From Eledone cirrhosa (taxonomy: Eukaryota), in NCBI GenBank assembly GCA_964016885.1, contig OZ024741.1, forward strand, positions 176,762,001-176,826,000: a stretch of DNA of 64,000 nt, in the 5' to 3' direction. How positions within the stretch are numbered: position 1 is the stretch's first letter; the number at the start of each line of letters is the position of its first letter. This document shows positions 49,029-61,418 of this stretch, piece after piece. Below the pieces are notes generated by a model. The model saw nothing but the letters and a program-made list of their open reading frames with translations, did not search any database and was not told the origin of the DNA. The translations under genes and the position numbers were made by a program.

Positions 49029-52000
49029 GAATGCTATGGTTGACGGAGGCTCGGATCTGTAAGGTATTGTAAATTTTGACCGCTATAACAATTGTAAATT
49101 GTTTAAAACTTTAACCATCTTGTAGACAGAAACACCCTCCTCCTCGTGAGAGAGGTCACTGCCCGTTATTTGGCCCTTCGGGGTTAAATAACCGCTTATT
49201 GGGGTTTTGTGACCAATGTTTATTTTAAACAAAAAAAAAAAAACATGGCTACGAAAAAGAATTTTCATAGGTCACTCCAACTCATTCCGTCTTCTTCTTC
49301 CTCAATCGTCACTACAGCAGAGAGAAGATTTTCTCTCTCCCTCCCTTCTCTTTCGCAAGCGACGCCAGAAAAGAAAAATCACGTGCAAAGCGTGCAAGAT
49401 TTCTCCACGACGACGACGAAAAAGGTGTGCGGGAAATACGAAAACCCATTTCATTCGTCTGACATCAGGAATAATAGCAGTAGCAGCCGTAATAACAGCA
49501 GCAGCAGCAACAGTGACAAGGAAAACAACAGTAGCAGCCGCAACAGCATCAGCAGCAGCATAAACGACAACAGCATTAGCAGCAACAACAACAGCAGCAG
49601 TAGCAACAACAACAACAACCACAGCAACAGCGGCGGCGGCAGTAGTCGTAGTACCTGCAGCAACAACAAAAGTAACAGCAGCTCTGACGACAACAACAAA
49701 AACAACAGCAGCAGCAAAAGTATCGCAAAGAACCTGGAAACCATCCTCATAACAAATGAGGAATCAGAGGAAGCGAAGAAGATGGTGACGAAAACCGGAC
49801 ACCGAGCAATCTGCAAGGCAGCCGAAAAATGTTTCGAAACCCAACAGCACTGTACGGTCAAATACCGTACAGTAAGCACAAAATCCCGTAGGGTTGAAAG
49901 AGCCACAGAGGCTCAAATACAAAAAGCCTTAGGATCTGTGTGGCAGCGGAAAACGCACATCACCCGAGGCAAGAAATATGCCACCGTTGACGTGCTTTTT
50001 GCCACACCCCAGGAATCAAAGGCTCAATCCTTAGTGACCCTAAGGAGCGAGGAAATGGTGTTGGTGCCCTCCTACAGCGGGCAAAAAATTGTGAGTGTCA
50101 AACTGACCCACGTCCCCCCCCGCGTCTGTCCTCGTCGGAATCGAGGACAAAACAACTGTACTGCAAGTACAGAAAAAAGTAAGAGAATATTGGGTCGGCT
50201 CCTCCATTGAGATGTTAATCCAAACCAACCAGGAGTGCATCGAAGCTATCCCTGATGTGATAGATTTCGATAACGGCACTCAACTGCGCATAAGTTTTGA
50301 GGGCAAACGCCCGAAATGCTTTCGCTGTGGATCGAAAACTCACCTCAGGGCCTTCTGCAACGAGAAGACCCTGAGAAAGGAGAAAACCCCCCTCCTTCCG
50401 AATCCGGCTCCACGGCTACCAGCAACAGGACAAGCGGCAACCAGGAACGATAGGTCCGTGGCACCCATACCCACGCCACGGAAATCAATATCAGCAGCAG
50501 CAGTGGAAATATTAACAACAACAACAGCAATACCAAATGCAGCTGCAACAGAGACTCCAGTGCAAACATCACCAACAACAACAAGTGAAAGAGTGGAGCT
50601 GGTACCCCTCCCCGACCTCACAGAATCAGACAAGGAGTGTGAGGTGGGAGAGGGATGGCAAAAGGTCGTAAGAAGGCACAAACGCAGAAGCAGCGCATCG
50701 TCGCCTTCGAAAAGGGAGGAAACAAACGAAAAAAGGGTAAAGGCTACTGCAAAGAGACTCACAGAAGCAACACCACCAACACCATCACCACCCACACTAG
50801 CACCATCATCCGCACCGGCGACAGCCCCAACGCCAACAACAACAACACCTTCAACACCACCAACACAAGCACCAACATAGCAAACACAACAACAAAACAC
50901 ACACGCCCAGCAACAACGACAAGAAAATATCAGAACCACACCCCACCCCCAGAAAAACAAATGCACGGCAATAAATAAACACAAGAAACTAATGACTTAC
51001 ATAATTGAACACACAGACATTTTACAGCACGACTACATAATACCAGTACCAATCAAAACGCCAACGAACATAAGACTGCTAAAAAAATCACAGAAACAAT
51101 ACACAAACATTAAAACGAAATTCCCTAACGCAGTTGGTGATTTCAGAGAGGGACTCTCAACCAGAGAGTATATTCGGACATACTCATAGAAGAGCCGACG
51201 ACCAGCCGAAGGGACGATTCAACGGTCCCTTCACCAGACGATCAAGTGAAAAGGGATGTAAAAACCATCCCTCCTCTACGAAAAGTACGGTAAGTGGTCC
51301 TTCCCATCTTTTCCACTCTATTTTAAACATCACCTCACTCAGAATAGGCAGCATATATGCACGTGGCTTGGGATCGTCATGGAAGCAGGGTCACCTGCTC
51401 AACGACCTGAGGTCACTAAACATAGATGTAGTGGCCATCAGCGAGACCAATATTCGAAGCACGGGCCTTCGCACCAATCTTCGGCGGCTACGATGTGTAC
51501 GCATCTCCCAGCCGTCCTGGATCGGGGGGGGGGGAGTTGCTGTGCTTTTTCGAAGAGGTTTGGATCTCGCCGAGGATTAGCGAACTAGTTAAGTGGGCGT
51601 TGACGGGGGCCATCGTCAACAACAAGTGGTGGTTTGCTCTGAAAAGAGCGATTAGAATAGAATCCATTAGATTTAGTAAAGCTTTAGCAATAGAGAAAAA
51701 TAGAGCAGAGGGAGAACTAGTTAGAAAATTAGACGAGGCGCTTAGCAAAGGTATCGCGACCGACGTGCTTGCGGCGAAATTGGCCCTTGACCAATTCTTC
51801 AATGCAAAGCACGACGGCTGCGTTGTCAGAGCTAGGGTGCGTGCTCTCAGACACGAGGGGACGAAAGCCGTTCAATGGGCCCGAGTGGCGTAGGCGCGTC
51901 GTAGCAACAAATCCACGTCCGGTCTTTGGTGGACCACGACGGGCGCATGCTACACGATCACGGGCAAATGTGTGAAGCTTTTCAGCGACACTTCGCTCAG

Positions 52001-53235
52001 CTGTTCGGGGGCAGCGGTGGGCCGGGTCGAGGGATGGGCTTTAGTGTCTACCTCGACGGACTGCCGGTCAGGCGGTCCATCTGTTGTCAACACCCGCTAC
52101 GTTGAGGGCTGGGCTTGCCGTGGCTGATGATGCGCAGGCACGCGCTCAGGCTACGACATCTCCACCTCTTCCTCGACGGTGATCAGGTGTGGTCGCCGTT
52201 TGCTAGACACGTATTTCCCCAGCTCGTTTCCTTGACGGAGCTGCAGTCCTGGGTCAAGCAAAGACCGAGAGCGAGCGCCTGGAGACTGGAATGTCTTCAG
52301 GCGCTCACAGCCCTCGACCAATCGGGCAATGTGATCGGTGGAAACTGCACCTCGGCATTCTATACAGGATTATTAGAGGGGAAAAGCGACGACGTACTTG
52401 TGGAAAATCTAGGCGTCGACGAAAATCAACTAGCCAATCTCTTCGGAAGAACTTTTGGGCCGGGACCTACGGACAACTTCCAGAAATCTCTGGCCTGGCA
52501 GTGCTACCGAGGAGCCTTGCCAGTTCGGGATAAACTCTACAGGCATGGAGGTGCCGTCAGACGGGCATGTCCGAGATGCGCGCAGGGCGACGAAACCGTC
52601 CTGCACGCACTCGTCCAGTGTCCCAAAATGGCTGACTTGTGGGTTTATGTCGAAAACCTGCTGTCGCGTGTAGTACGGATCCGGCTATCATCTGTGTCCA
52701 TCGTGAGGATTGCCCCGCCCTCTTCCTTTAGCCGGGAAGGGCAGGCAGTTTGCATCTCCCTGGTGGCCATGGCGAAAGAGATAGTATGGTGGACACGTTT
52801 GAAAGGGCTGAAGACGAGCACTTACCTCTTCGGTGATGCCCTGATTAACTTTTTCAAATTTCATTTGAAAAGGAAAATCAGGGTAGAGAAGGAAGTGCGC
52901 TCTTCCCAGCATTTTGTTGAAAGATGGGTTAGAGAAGCAAGAATGGCCCGAGTGAATGGGCCTATTCAGAGTACGTATCTGTAAATTAAAGGTGGAAAAC
53001 TGGGAGAGGGCACTTGCCTTGGTGATGAGGGTCACTGTGGTCTTTTACTCGGCTTTCTCCACAAATGTCCCTCCGAAGCCTCCCCCCTATTGGGGAACTT
53101 TTCATTGTTATTTTTTTGTTACATCCTCTGTTTTTATTTTTTACACGCAGAAATGGCCATTTGTACCGACCTGTATTGTCCTGCACTGTCATTAATGTCT
53201 ACTTTATGTAAACCCTTGTGGTTAATAAATAAATC
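49029..53235 (+). mobile_element. L1/Tx1-clade LINE, internally deleted (most of APE and all of RT missing)
   Basis: ORF1 from ATG 49245 to 50880 (frameshift ~50115) with zinc knuckle CFRCGSKTHLRAFC. ORF2 start IGSIYARGL..DVVAISET and C-terminal CPRC..ETVLHALVQC. AATAAA, then (ATT)n. Confidence 0.88.
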
Positions 53236-53275
53236 ATTATTATTATTATTTTTATTATTATTATTATTATTATTA

Positions 53276-54626
53276 CAGTTGCATTTATCTTGCTTTATGT
53301 TCATACGAGTTATCACCAAGTCACAACCAGTGACCTCAAGAGACAACAAGGTCCACCATGTTCAAGAAAGAACATACATACTCACACATGCATCTTTAGT
53401 GTTTAGACTTGTGATGTACTTATATTGACAGAATCTTCCTTAGTATATGGGCAGTTACCATTAGTACTATCTTTTGTATTTCTCCTATACGCGGGTTTCC
53501 TGGGATTTGCGATAAGTAATCATTAGACCCCTTAGGTATCATTCCCAGAGCGCCTACAACCACTGGTATTGTTTTAGTTCTCAATTTCCACATTTTTCCA
53601 ATTTCTATCTCCAGGTCCTTATACTTGCTCAATTTTTCAAATGTTTTTATAGATACATTCTTGTCTATTGGAACAGACATATCAATTAACAGGCATACCC
53701 TCTTTTGAAAGTCTTTCAATATTATATCAGGTCTGTTTGCATCTATTTTTCGGTCTGTCTGGATGCTAAAGTTCCACAAGATTGAGATGTGATCTTTTTC
53801 AAGTATGGGAGGTGGTTGATGCTCCCACCAATTCTTTTGATGGGGCAGGTCAAAATGCTTACACATTATCCAATGTATGTATTGTGCAGCTCTGTCATGC
53901 CTGTTTAGGTATTCGGTTGGAGCTATAGGACTGCACATTGAAATTATATGGTCAATGGTCTCTGGTTGTTTTTTGCATACACGGCATAATGGGCTGCACC
54001 CATTTTTTTATTATGTTGGCTTGGTCATTTTTTGTTGGCAGACACTGATCTTGTGCCGATATAATCAGTCCTTCAGTCTCCGATTTCAGTCCAGAGGATG
54101 CCAACCACTGATGGGTTAAAGTTTTGTCAACATCAGGATTGTTAGCTCGCTCTGGGTATTTTCCATACAGAGGCTTTTCTTGCCATTTCTTAGCCAGTTT
54201 CTGTAGCAGTTCTTTCTTTGCAGTTACTTTTACCTGCTTTGCTTTTTCTGTGTTTTCCATTTCAGCAGTAAATGGGACTTCTGAAATTTGTAGTCCATTA
54301 CTGTATCTTTGTGCATCTTTTGTAATGGAATATGATCTTTTGATACTTTCGTGCTTCAAAACGAGTTTGATCATCCAATCATGTGATTCCCTTAGATATG
54401 TAGATAATCCAATTGTTGCAGTTTTCAACGCAATGTCTAACTGGATTAGCCCACGTCCTCCTTCTTTCCTAGGAAGATATATTCTATCTATATCTGCCTT
54501 AGGGTGATGCATTCTGTGCATGGTTAAGAGTTTTCGAATTTTTGTATCGAGCCTACGGATCTCTGTGCTTGTCCAGTTGATGACATTGTAACTGTAGGTT
54601 ACTACTTGTATGGCAAGCGTGTTTAT
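53276..54626 (-). mobile_element. 5'-truncated R4/Dong-like element, family A
   Basis: RLE domain RHD..RPDI..LID..EKLSKY. Near-identical to 61419-62766. Confidence 0.92.
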
Positions 54627-54663
54627 TATTATTACTATTATTATTATTATTGTTATTGTTATT

Positions 54664-54752
54664 CCTTGAATCTCAGTCATTGATGTTGGTTAACTGGAAA
54701 GTCCGTTGGATTGAATATCAAGCCACTACCTGCAGCCTCAGATATTCAGGAC

Positions 54753-54756
<4 letters not shown>
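54664..54756 (-). mobile_element. ~90-bp 3' end of Dong-like family B
   Basis: YVLNI* plus 3' UTR matching 59501-59595 and 60783-60874. (TAA)n on both sides. Confidence 0.85.
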
Positions 54757-54815
<59 letters not shown>

Positions 54816-54817
<2 letters not shown>

Positions 54818-57800
54818 GGTCTGTTCGAACGCTTTTGCTCCCAGTAAGTCGCATTATTTGCCTGTTAAAATTATTCGTTGTTAAATATTTCTTGTTGTGT
54901 AAGGGATATAAGCCCTTAGACTTTTCCCTGTGAAGGGGAAAGTAAAATATTTGGGCCTATAGGCCCAAATATTTGAAAATTTTACTTTTAAAAAGAAATT
55001 GTCTAAAAACAAAACATGGCTGAGCCACGCCCCCCCCCCCCCCACCAATATGTCTGCTGTCGTCTGACAACGGCGTAAAAGTTGAGAGGAGGGTTACAAA
55101 AATTGTTACAACAGGCACCACCACAAACAACGTGAACAAAGACAACACTGAGAACACAAATTTTGAAAAAATTACCACACCAACTACAACAATAACAGCG
55201 TCAACCAAAATACAGACAACAGAAAAAAATAACAAATGCAACAACGATATTGACAACAATAACAAGAAAATTAACAACGACAACAGCATCAATACAAATT
55301 GCACCGAAAACAACAACAACGGTGGCACCAAAAACACAACCAACTACAACTGTGATAACAGCAACAACACCAACAACACCGTTTGTAGTAGTAGCAACAT
55401 CAACAGCACCAATAACAAGACCAGTAGCAGCAGTAGCGGTAGCAATAATGGTGCCGCTGAAAAAGGGGGCACTTCGAGAAACGACAACAGAGTTTCCCTG
55501 AAAACTCCACCCGATTTCTTCAAAGACCAGCTACTGCGCAGGGTGAATTACAGCACCGTAAGCAAAATGTCACAGCGGGTGGAGAGAGCCACGGAGGCTC
55601 AAATCCAAAAGGCCTTGGGGTGCATCTGGGCGCGCAAAACCCACATCACCCAAGGCAAACGGTACCCCACAGTAGACGTACATTTCGCCAGCCCCCTCAA
55701 GAGGCGAAGTCTCACTCTTTGGAAACCCTAAAGTGTGAGGAGATAGTCTTCGTTCCCTCCTACTGCGGGCAGAAAATTGTGAGGTTGAAAGTGACCCAGG
55801 TCCCACCCGATGTGCCATACCTTGGCTGGCCGCGTCTGTCCTTGCTGGAATGGAGGACAGGACGACCAGGCTGCAAGTAGAGAAAATAGGGAGAGAGAAC
55901 TGGTCAGGTATAGGCATGCAAATGCTAATACAAACTGACCAGGAATGTATCGACGCTATCCCCGATATCATAGACAACGAGGAAGGACCCAACTCCCTAG
56001 AAGCGTAGAAGGAAGACGTGGCCATACCTTAGATGGCCGCGTCTGTGCTGGCTGGAATCGAGGAGAAGACCACGATACTGCAAATACAGAGAATCGGAAG
56101 AGAGAACTGGTCAGGAATAGGCATGCAAATGATAATACAGACTGACCACGAGTGTATCGAGGCCATTTCAGAACTCATAGGCCTCGAAGAGGGCTCCAAC
56201 TCCCTATAAGCGTGGAAGGAAGGCACCCAAAGTGCTATCTCTGTAGGCAGAAGGGTCACCTCAGGGCCTTCTGCCCGGAGAATACATCCAAAAAGAGGAT
56301 CGCCTTCCTTCCGACGCCTGATCCGCTGCGCTCAAGAGCAGAGCAGACTACAGAGGCAGAATACCTTTCCATGGTGAGTAGGATGGCAACGTCCGTGGCA
56401 CCCATACCAAGGCCACAGACAACAAAAGCAGCGGCAGCAGTGGTGGCAACAACAACTGTGAAGTTGACTCAGATAGAGTCCATAGGCAAGGGCCCGGCTA
56501 CTGGAAGCTGAACGCATCGTTCCCGGCGCGCAAAGCTTACAGAGACCGGATTAGCGAATTAGATAATCGTGCGTTGACGGGTGCGATCGTCAACAACAGG
56601 TGGTTGTTTACCCTGAAAAGGGCTATTAGAGGAGAATCGATAAGATTTAGCAAAGGAGTAGTGATAGAGGAAAATAGAGAAGAGGGAGAGTTGTTAGACA
56701 GCTAGAAGAGGCGTTTAGGACAGACATTGCAACAGGCGTCTTGCGGCGAGATTGGCACTCGACCAATTCTTCAACGCAAATCATGAACTCTGCGTTATCA
56801 GAGCTAGAACGCGTGCTCTAAGAGACGAGGGGACGAAACCCGTTCAATGGGACCCGGTGGTGGAGGCGCGAGATGGCAACAAGTCCACAATTCTGTCTTT
56901 GCCTGATCAAAATGGGCGCATGTTGCTCGAACCCGAGCAGATGTGTGTGGCTTTCAGCAGCACTTTGCTCAATTGTTCGGGAGCGGTGGCGGGCTAAGTC
57001 GGAGTATGGACTTCCGTGCATACCTCGACGACCGCAGCACAGTGTTGCGAAAAGCCAATAACAGCCGGTGAAATACTTGAAGCGATGGCTAACTGCATGA
57101 GAGGTAAATCGCCAGGTTTGGATGGTCTGCCCTACGAGCTTTATGCATTTATGCCAGACTTGTTCGGTGACCTCTTGGCAGACGTCTACTGCAACTGGCA
57201 GCAGAACGGGAGCTTTCCCGGTGTTGTGAGCCGGGTAGCGGTGGCGCTGCTGAGAAAAGACCCGAACAAGGGGGATGTTATCGATAATTTCAGGCCCATA
57301 ACCCTGCTAAACACAGAGTTCAAGGTTTTGGCCAAGGTGTTAGCAACGAGGTTGGCGCATGTCGTCAAGAGTCTGATGGGAGAGGCGCAGACATGCGCCA
57401 TTCCGGACAGATACATACACGACAACCTCCACCTCGCGCGATACATCATAGAGAGGGTGGTTAAGGAACCTGGCACGGGTGGGCCCTGATCAACTTGGAT
57501 CAATCGAAAGCATTCGATAGGGTCGATCATCGGTACCTGGCGGCGGTCCTCGAGGCAGCCGGTTTCGGGCCCGTTTTCAGGGTTGGATCGCAGCGATGTA
57601 CAGCAATATCTGCTCAGTTGCGAGGGTGAACGGTCACCTGCCGCAGCCGTTCAGCATCATGCGCTCGGTCCGCCAGGTTTGTCCCCTCTCGTCCCTCTTG
57701 TACGTATTGGCTCTCGAGCCGTTACTGCACAAACTGGGTGAGATGAGGGGCGTCCCACGCGAACTAGGATGCCGGAAATCCGAGTCGGCTTATGCTGACG

Positions 57801-59450
57801 ACGTCACCGTGGTGATGTCGATCACCGGAACGTCCAGATGCTCGGCACCGCTCTCAACGAATACGAAGCGGAGACAGGAGCAAAGATAAACCAGGAAAAG
57901 TGGGCTTGCAGCTCGGCACCTGGAGAGGCATGTCAATGCCGTCCGACAGCGTCGTGGGGCGTTGGACGGACGGACCGGTTAAATTGCTCGGGGTCTGTTT
58001 CGGAATGGAGCTCCAGATGGAGAAAAACTGGAAAGAGGTGACGAGCAAGGTAGCCTCCCTCACCCAGAAATGGGCCGAGAGGAAACTGTCCCTGAAAGGT
58101 CGGGCGGAGGTGGCGAATGCGTACATCGCATCCGTCCTCTGCTACCGCCTCACCGTTGTCCCTTGCTCCGGCCCAACTCTCACCAAAATGGAGCGCCTCC
58201 TCTTCCGCTTTTTGTGGAAGGGATGCGCTCCCCTGGTCAGACGATCCATCTGCAGTCAACACCCATTGGGTGGAGGACTGGGCATGCCATGGCTGATGAT
58301 GCGCAAACATGCGCTGAGGCTGCGATATCTCTGGTGCTTTCTTGACTGTGAACAGGTATCGTCGCCGTTCGCCAGGAACGTTTGCCCACAGCTCGTCTCC
58401 TTGACGGAGCTGCAGTCCTGGGTCAGAAAAAGACCGAGGGATAGCGCTTGAAAACTGAAATGTCTCCAGGCGCTCACTGCCCTCTGCCAGCTGGGCACCA
58501 GTATCGGTGGAACATCCACCTCGGCGTTCTATAGTGGACTAGTGGAGGAGAAGTGCGACGACGTTCTCAGAGAGATGATGGGCGTCGAAGAAGATCAGCT
58601 GTTTGCTCTCTTCCGGAGAAATTTCAGCCCATGGCTTATGGATAACTTCCAAAAATCCCTGACCTGGCAGTGCTACCGGGGAGCGCTGCCGGTTCGAGAA
58701 TAGCTTTACAAGCACGGAAGTGCCGTCAGCTGAGCCTGTCCGAGATGCGCGCAGAGCGACGAAACCGTCGTGCACTCACTCCTTCAGTGCCCGAGCATTG
58801 CTGACTTGTGGAGCTATGTCGAACAGTTGCTGTCCCGTGTAGGACTGATCCGGTTATCGACTGAGTACATTGTGCAGATGGTCTCGCCGTCTTCTTTCGT
58901 GGAGGAAGGGCAGGCGGTTTTCATCTGCCTGGTGGCCATGGCGAAAGAGATTGTGTGGTGGACAAGGTTGAAAGGGTTAAAGACAGACACTTTCCTATTC
59001 GGTGAATCCCTAATTAACTTTTTCAAGTTTCACTTGAAGAGGAAAATCAGGGTGGAGAGGCAAGTGCTGCCTTCTAGCAAGTTTGTTGAAAGGAGGGTGA
59101 ATGTAGCGAGAATGGTCCAAATGAACGGGACCGCTTTGAATATACGATGTAGTTTGAGAAATGGAAAAATTGAGAGGGGGCGCTCCTCTGGTGGTCAGGG
59201 TGCCGTGGTCTTTTGTGTACTTTTCGGTACGAGTAACACGGGAGATTTCCTCCCTATTGGGGAATTTTTCATTGTTTCAATTTTCATTTTTATTGTTTAT
59301 ATATATGTTTCTATGTCCTTTATTTTCTTTTCTTATATAAATAATAAAAATATTTACACGCCCCAAACCCACATCGTACCGTCCTGTACCGTCCTGTGCC
59401 GCTGTAATGTTTTTTTGTTGATGTCAGCCCTTGTGGCCAATAAAGAAATC
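54816..59450 (+). mobile_element. Second L1/Tx1-clade LINE, frameshifted, APE deleted
   Basis: ORF1 ATG at 55016, CYLCRQKGHLRAFC, jump to GPGYWKLN. RT motifs KSPGLDG, FRPITLLN, LDQSKAFDRV, SVRQVCPLS, AYADD. C-terminal CCHC, AATAAA, then (ATT)n. Confidence 0.9.
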
Positions 59451-59500
59451 ATTATTATTATTATTATCATTCTTATTATTATCACTATTATTATCATTAT

Positions 59501-60748
59501 GCTTTGAGTCTCAGTCATTGATGTTATTTAACTGGAAAGTTTGTTGAAATGAATATCAAACAAACTACCTGCAGCCTCAAATATTCAGGACATATCGGAG
59601 GGTTTTTGCTGTTACTAGCAAGCATGCCTTTTGAAGTGTTCCAAAAAGCGGGGCGGGCCCAATTTTCTTTAACCATCATTGGAAACTCTGTGAGATAGTA
59701 CCTAGTGCGCCTATGACAATCGGGACGACTTTGACCTCATGGCAGTTCCAAATCCTTTTTACCTCCCACTTCAAATCCTGGTATCGGTTAATTTTCTCCC
59801 TCTCCTTCTCTTGCACTCTCGTGTCGAATGGGCAGGCTACATCCACAATCAGGCACGATCTTTTTCCCTTGTCGAAAACCACCAGGTCAGGTCTATTGTG
59901 TTCCAGTTTCTTGTCCGTCTGTATCCTAAAATCCCACAGCACCTTCACCTGATCATTTTTCCATCACCGACTCTGGCTTATGCTCATACCACTTCTCAGA
60001 ATGTGGTAAATTGTTTACTTTGTATAGGTGTCAGTGGATAAACCTGCCCATCACATCATGTCTCCAGCCTTTATAGTGAGTCTGGGCTAGGTGTTTACAC
60101 TCGGATACAATGTGAGCCAGTCTCCTCTCTCCACAGATTCTACACAGTGGGCTAGCCTCCTCCTTGTAAATATGGTGTTTCAGCCACTTCGTTTTGAGGC
60201 CTGCTCTTGCGCAGCCATTAGCATTCCCTCTGTAGCCTTTTCAAGGTCTCCTCTTCTCAACCAGCTCCATGTCTGTGGATCTCTAAATTTAGTTTTCTCA
60301 AAGAAGGCACTATGAAGGTATTTTTCATGAAGTTTGCTCTTTCTCCTTGTTTTTATTTCCTCCCTGGACATCCCATGGTCCATTGTCCTCTGCTTCAGTA
60401 CAATTCTGAGCATTGACTCCATACTATCAGTCACGTATTTGTGTAGGTTGTTTTCTCCATCTGAACACAGTCCTCTATGCTGATAAGACTTCTTCCAACT
60501 TCAGATCTCCTTAAGGAGAGTCTATCGACATCACTCCTTTTGTGGAACATGTTGTAGATAGTCAATAGCTTCCTAGTCTTCCTATCCATTTCTTTTTGTT
60601 CAGCAACATTCCATCTCAGAATTGCCGCACTGTATCTAATAATGGGCACAGCTCGGGAATTTACTGCACTTATGGGATTCCTACTGTTCAGATGTGACTT
60701 CAATACGCTCTTTACTCTCTGAGTGTATTCAGATCTTATCAATTCCTT
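59501..60748 (-). mobile_element. 5'-truncated R4/Dong-like element, family B
   Basis: AVNSRAVPIIRYSA..TEGMLMAAQEQ..WDFRIQTDKKLEHNRPDL..EKINRY. Confidence 0.9.
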
Positions 60749-60782
60749 TATTATTATTATTATAATTATTATTGTTATTGTT

Positions 60783-61394
60783 CTTTGAGTCTCAGTCATT
60801 GATATTAGTTAACTGGAAAATTTGTTGAAATGAATATCGAGCCACTACCTGCATCCTCAGATATTCAGGACGTATCGGAGGGTTCTTGCTGTTCCCAGCA
60901 AGCATGCCATTTGAAGCGTTCCAAAAAGCGTGAAGGGGCCAATTTTCTTTAACCTTCCCTGGAAACTTTTTGAGATAGTACCTAGTGTGCCTATGACAAT
61001 CGGGACCACTTTGACCTCATGGCAGTTCCAAATCCTTTTTACCTCCCACTTTAAGTCCTGGTATGGGTTAATTTTCTCCCTCTCCTTCTCTTGCACTCTC
61101 GTGTCGAATGGGCTGGCCACATTCACAATCAGGCACGATCTTTTTTCTTTGTCCAAAACCACCATTTAAGGTCTATTGTGTTCCAGTTTCTTGTCCGTCT
61201 GTATCCTAAAATCCCACAGCACCTTCATCTGATCGTTTTCTATCACCGACTCTGGCTTATGCTCATACCACTTCTCAGAATGTGGTAAATTGTTTACTTT
61301 GCATAGGGGCCAGTGGATCACCCTGCCCTTCACATCATGTCTCCAGCCCTTATAGTGAGTCTGGGCTAGGTGCTTACACTCGGATACAATGTGA
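60783..61394 (-). mobile_element. 5'-truncated R4/Dong-like element, family B
   Basis: HIVSEC..RHD..RP..EK, similar to 59501-60115. Confidence 0.9.
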
Positions 61395-61418
61395 TTATTA
61401 TTATTATTATTATTATTA

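Noticed and set aside
49130-49215. HDV-like ribozyme suggested by TCCTCGT in the Tx1 5' UTR
   Set aside because: No P1/P1.1 arrangement fits; better explained by the GNRA hairpin shared with the second Tx1.
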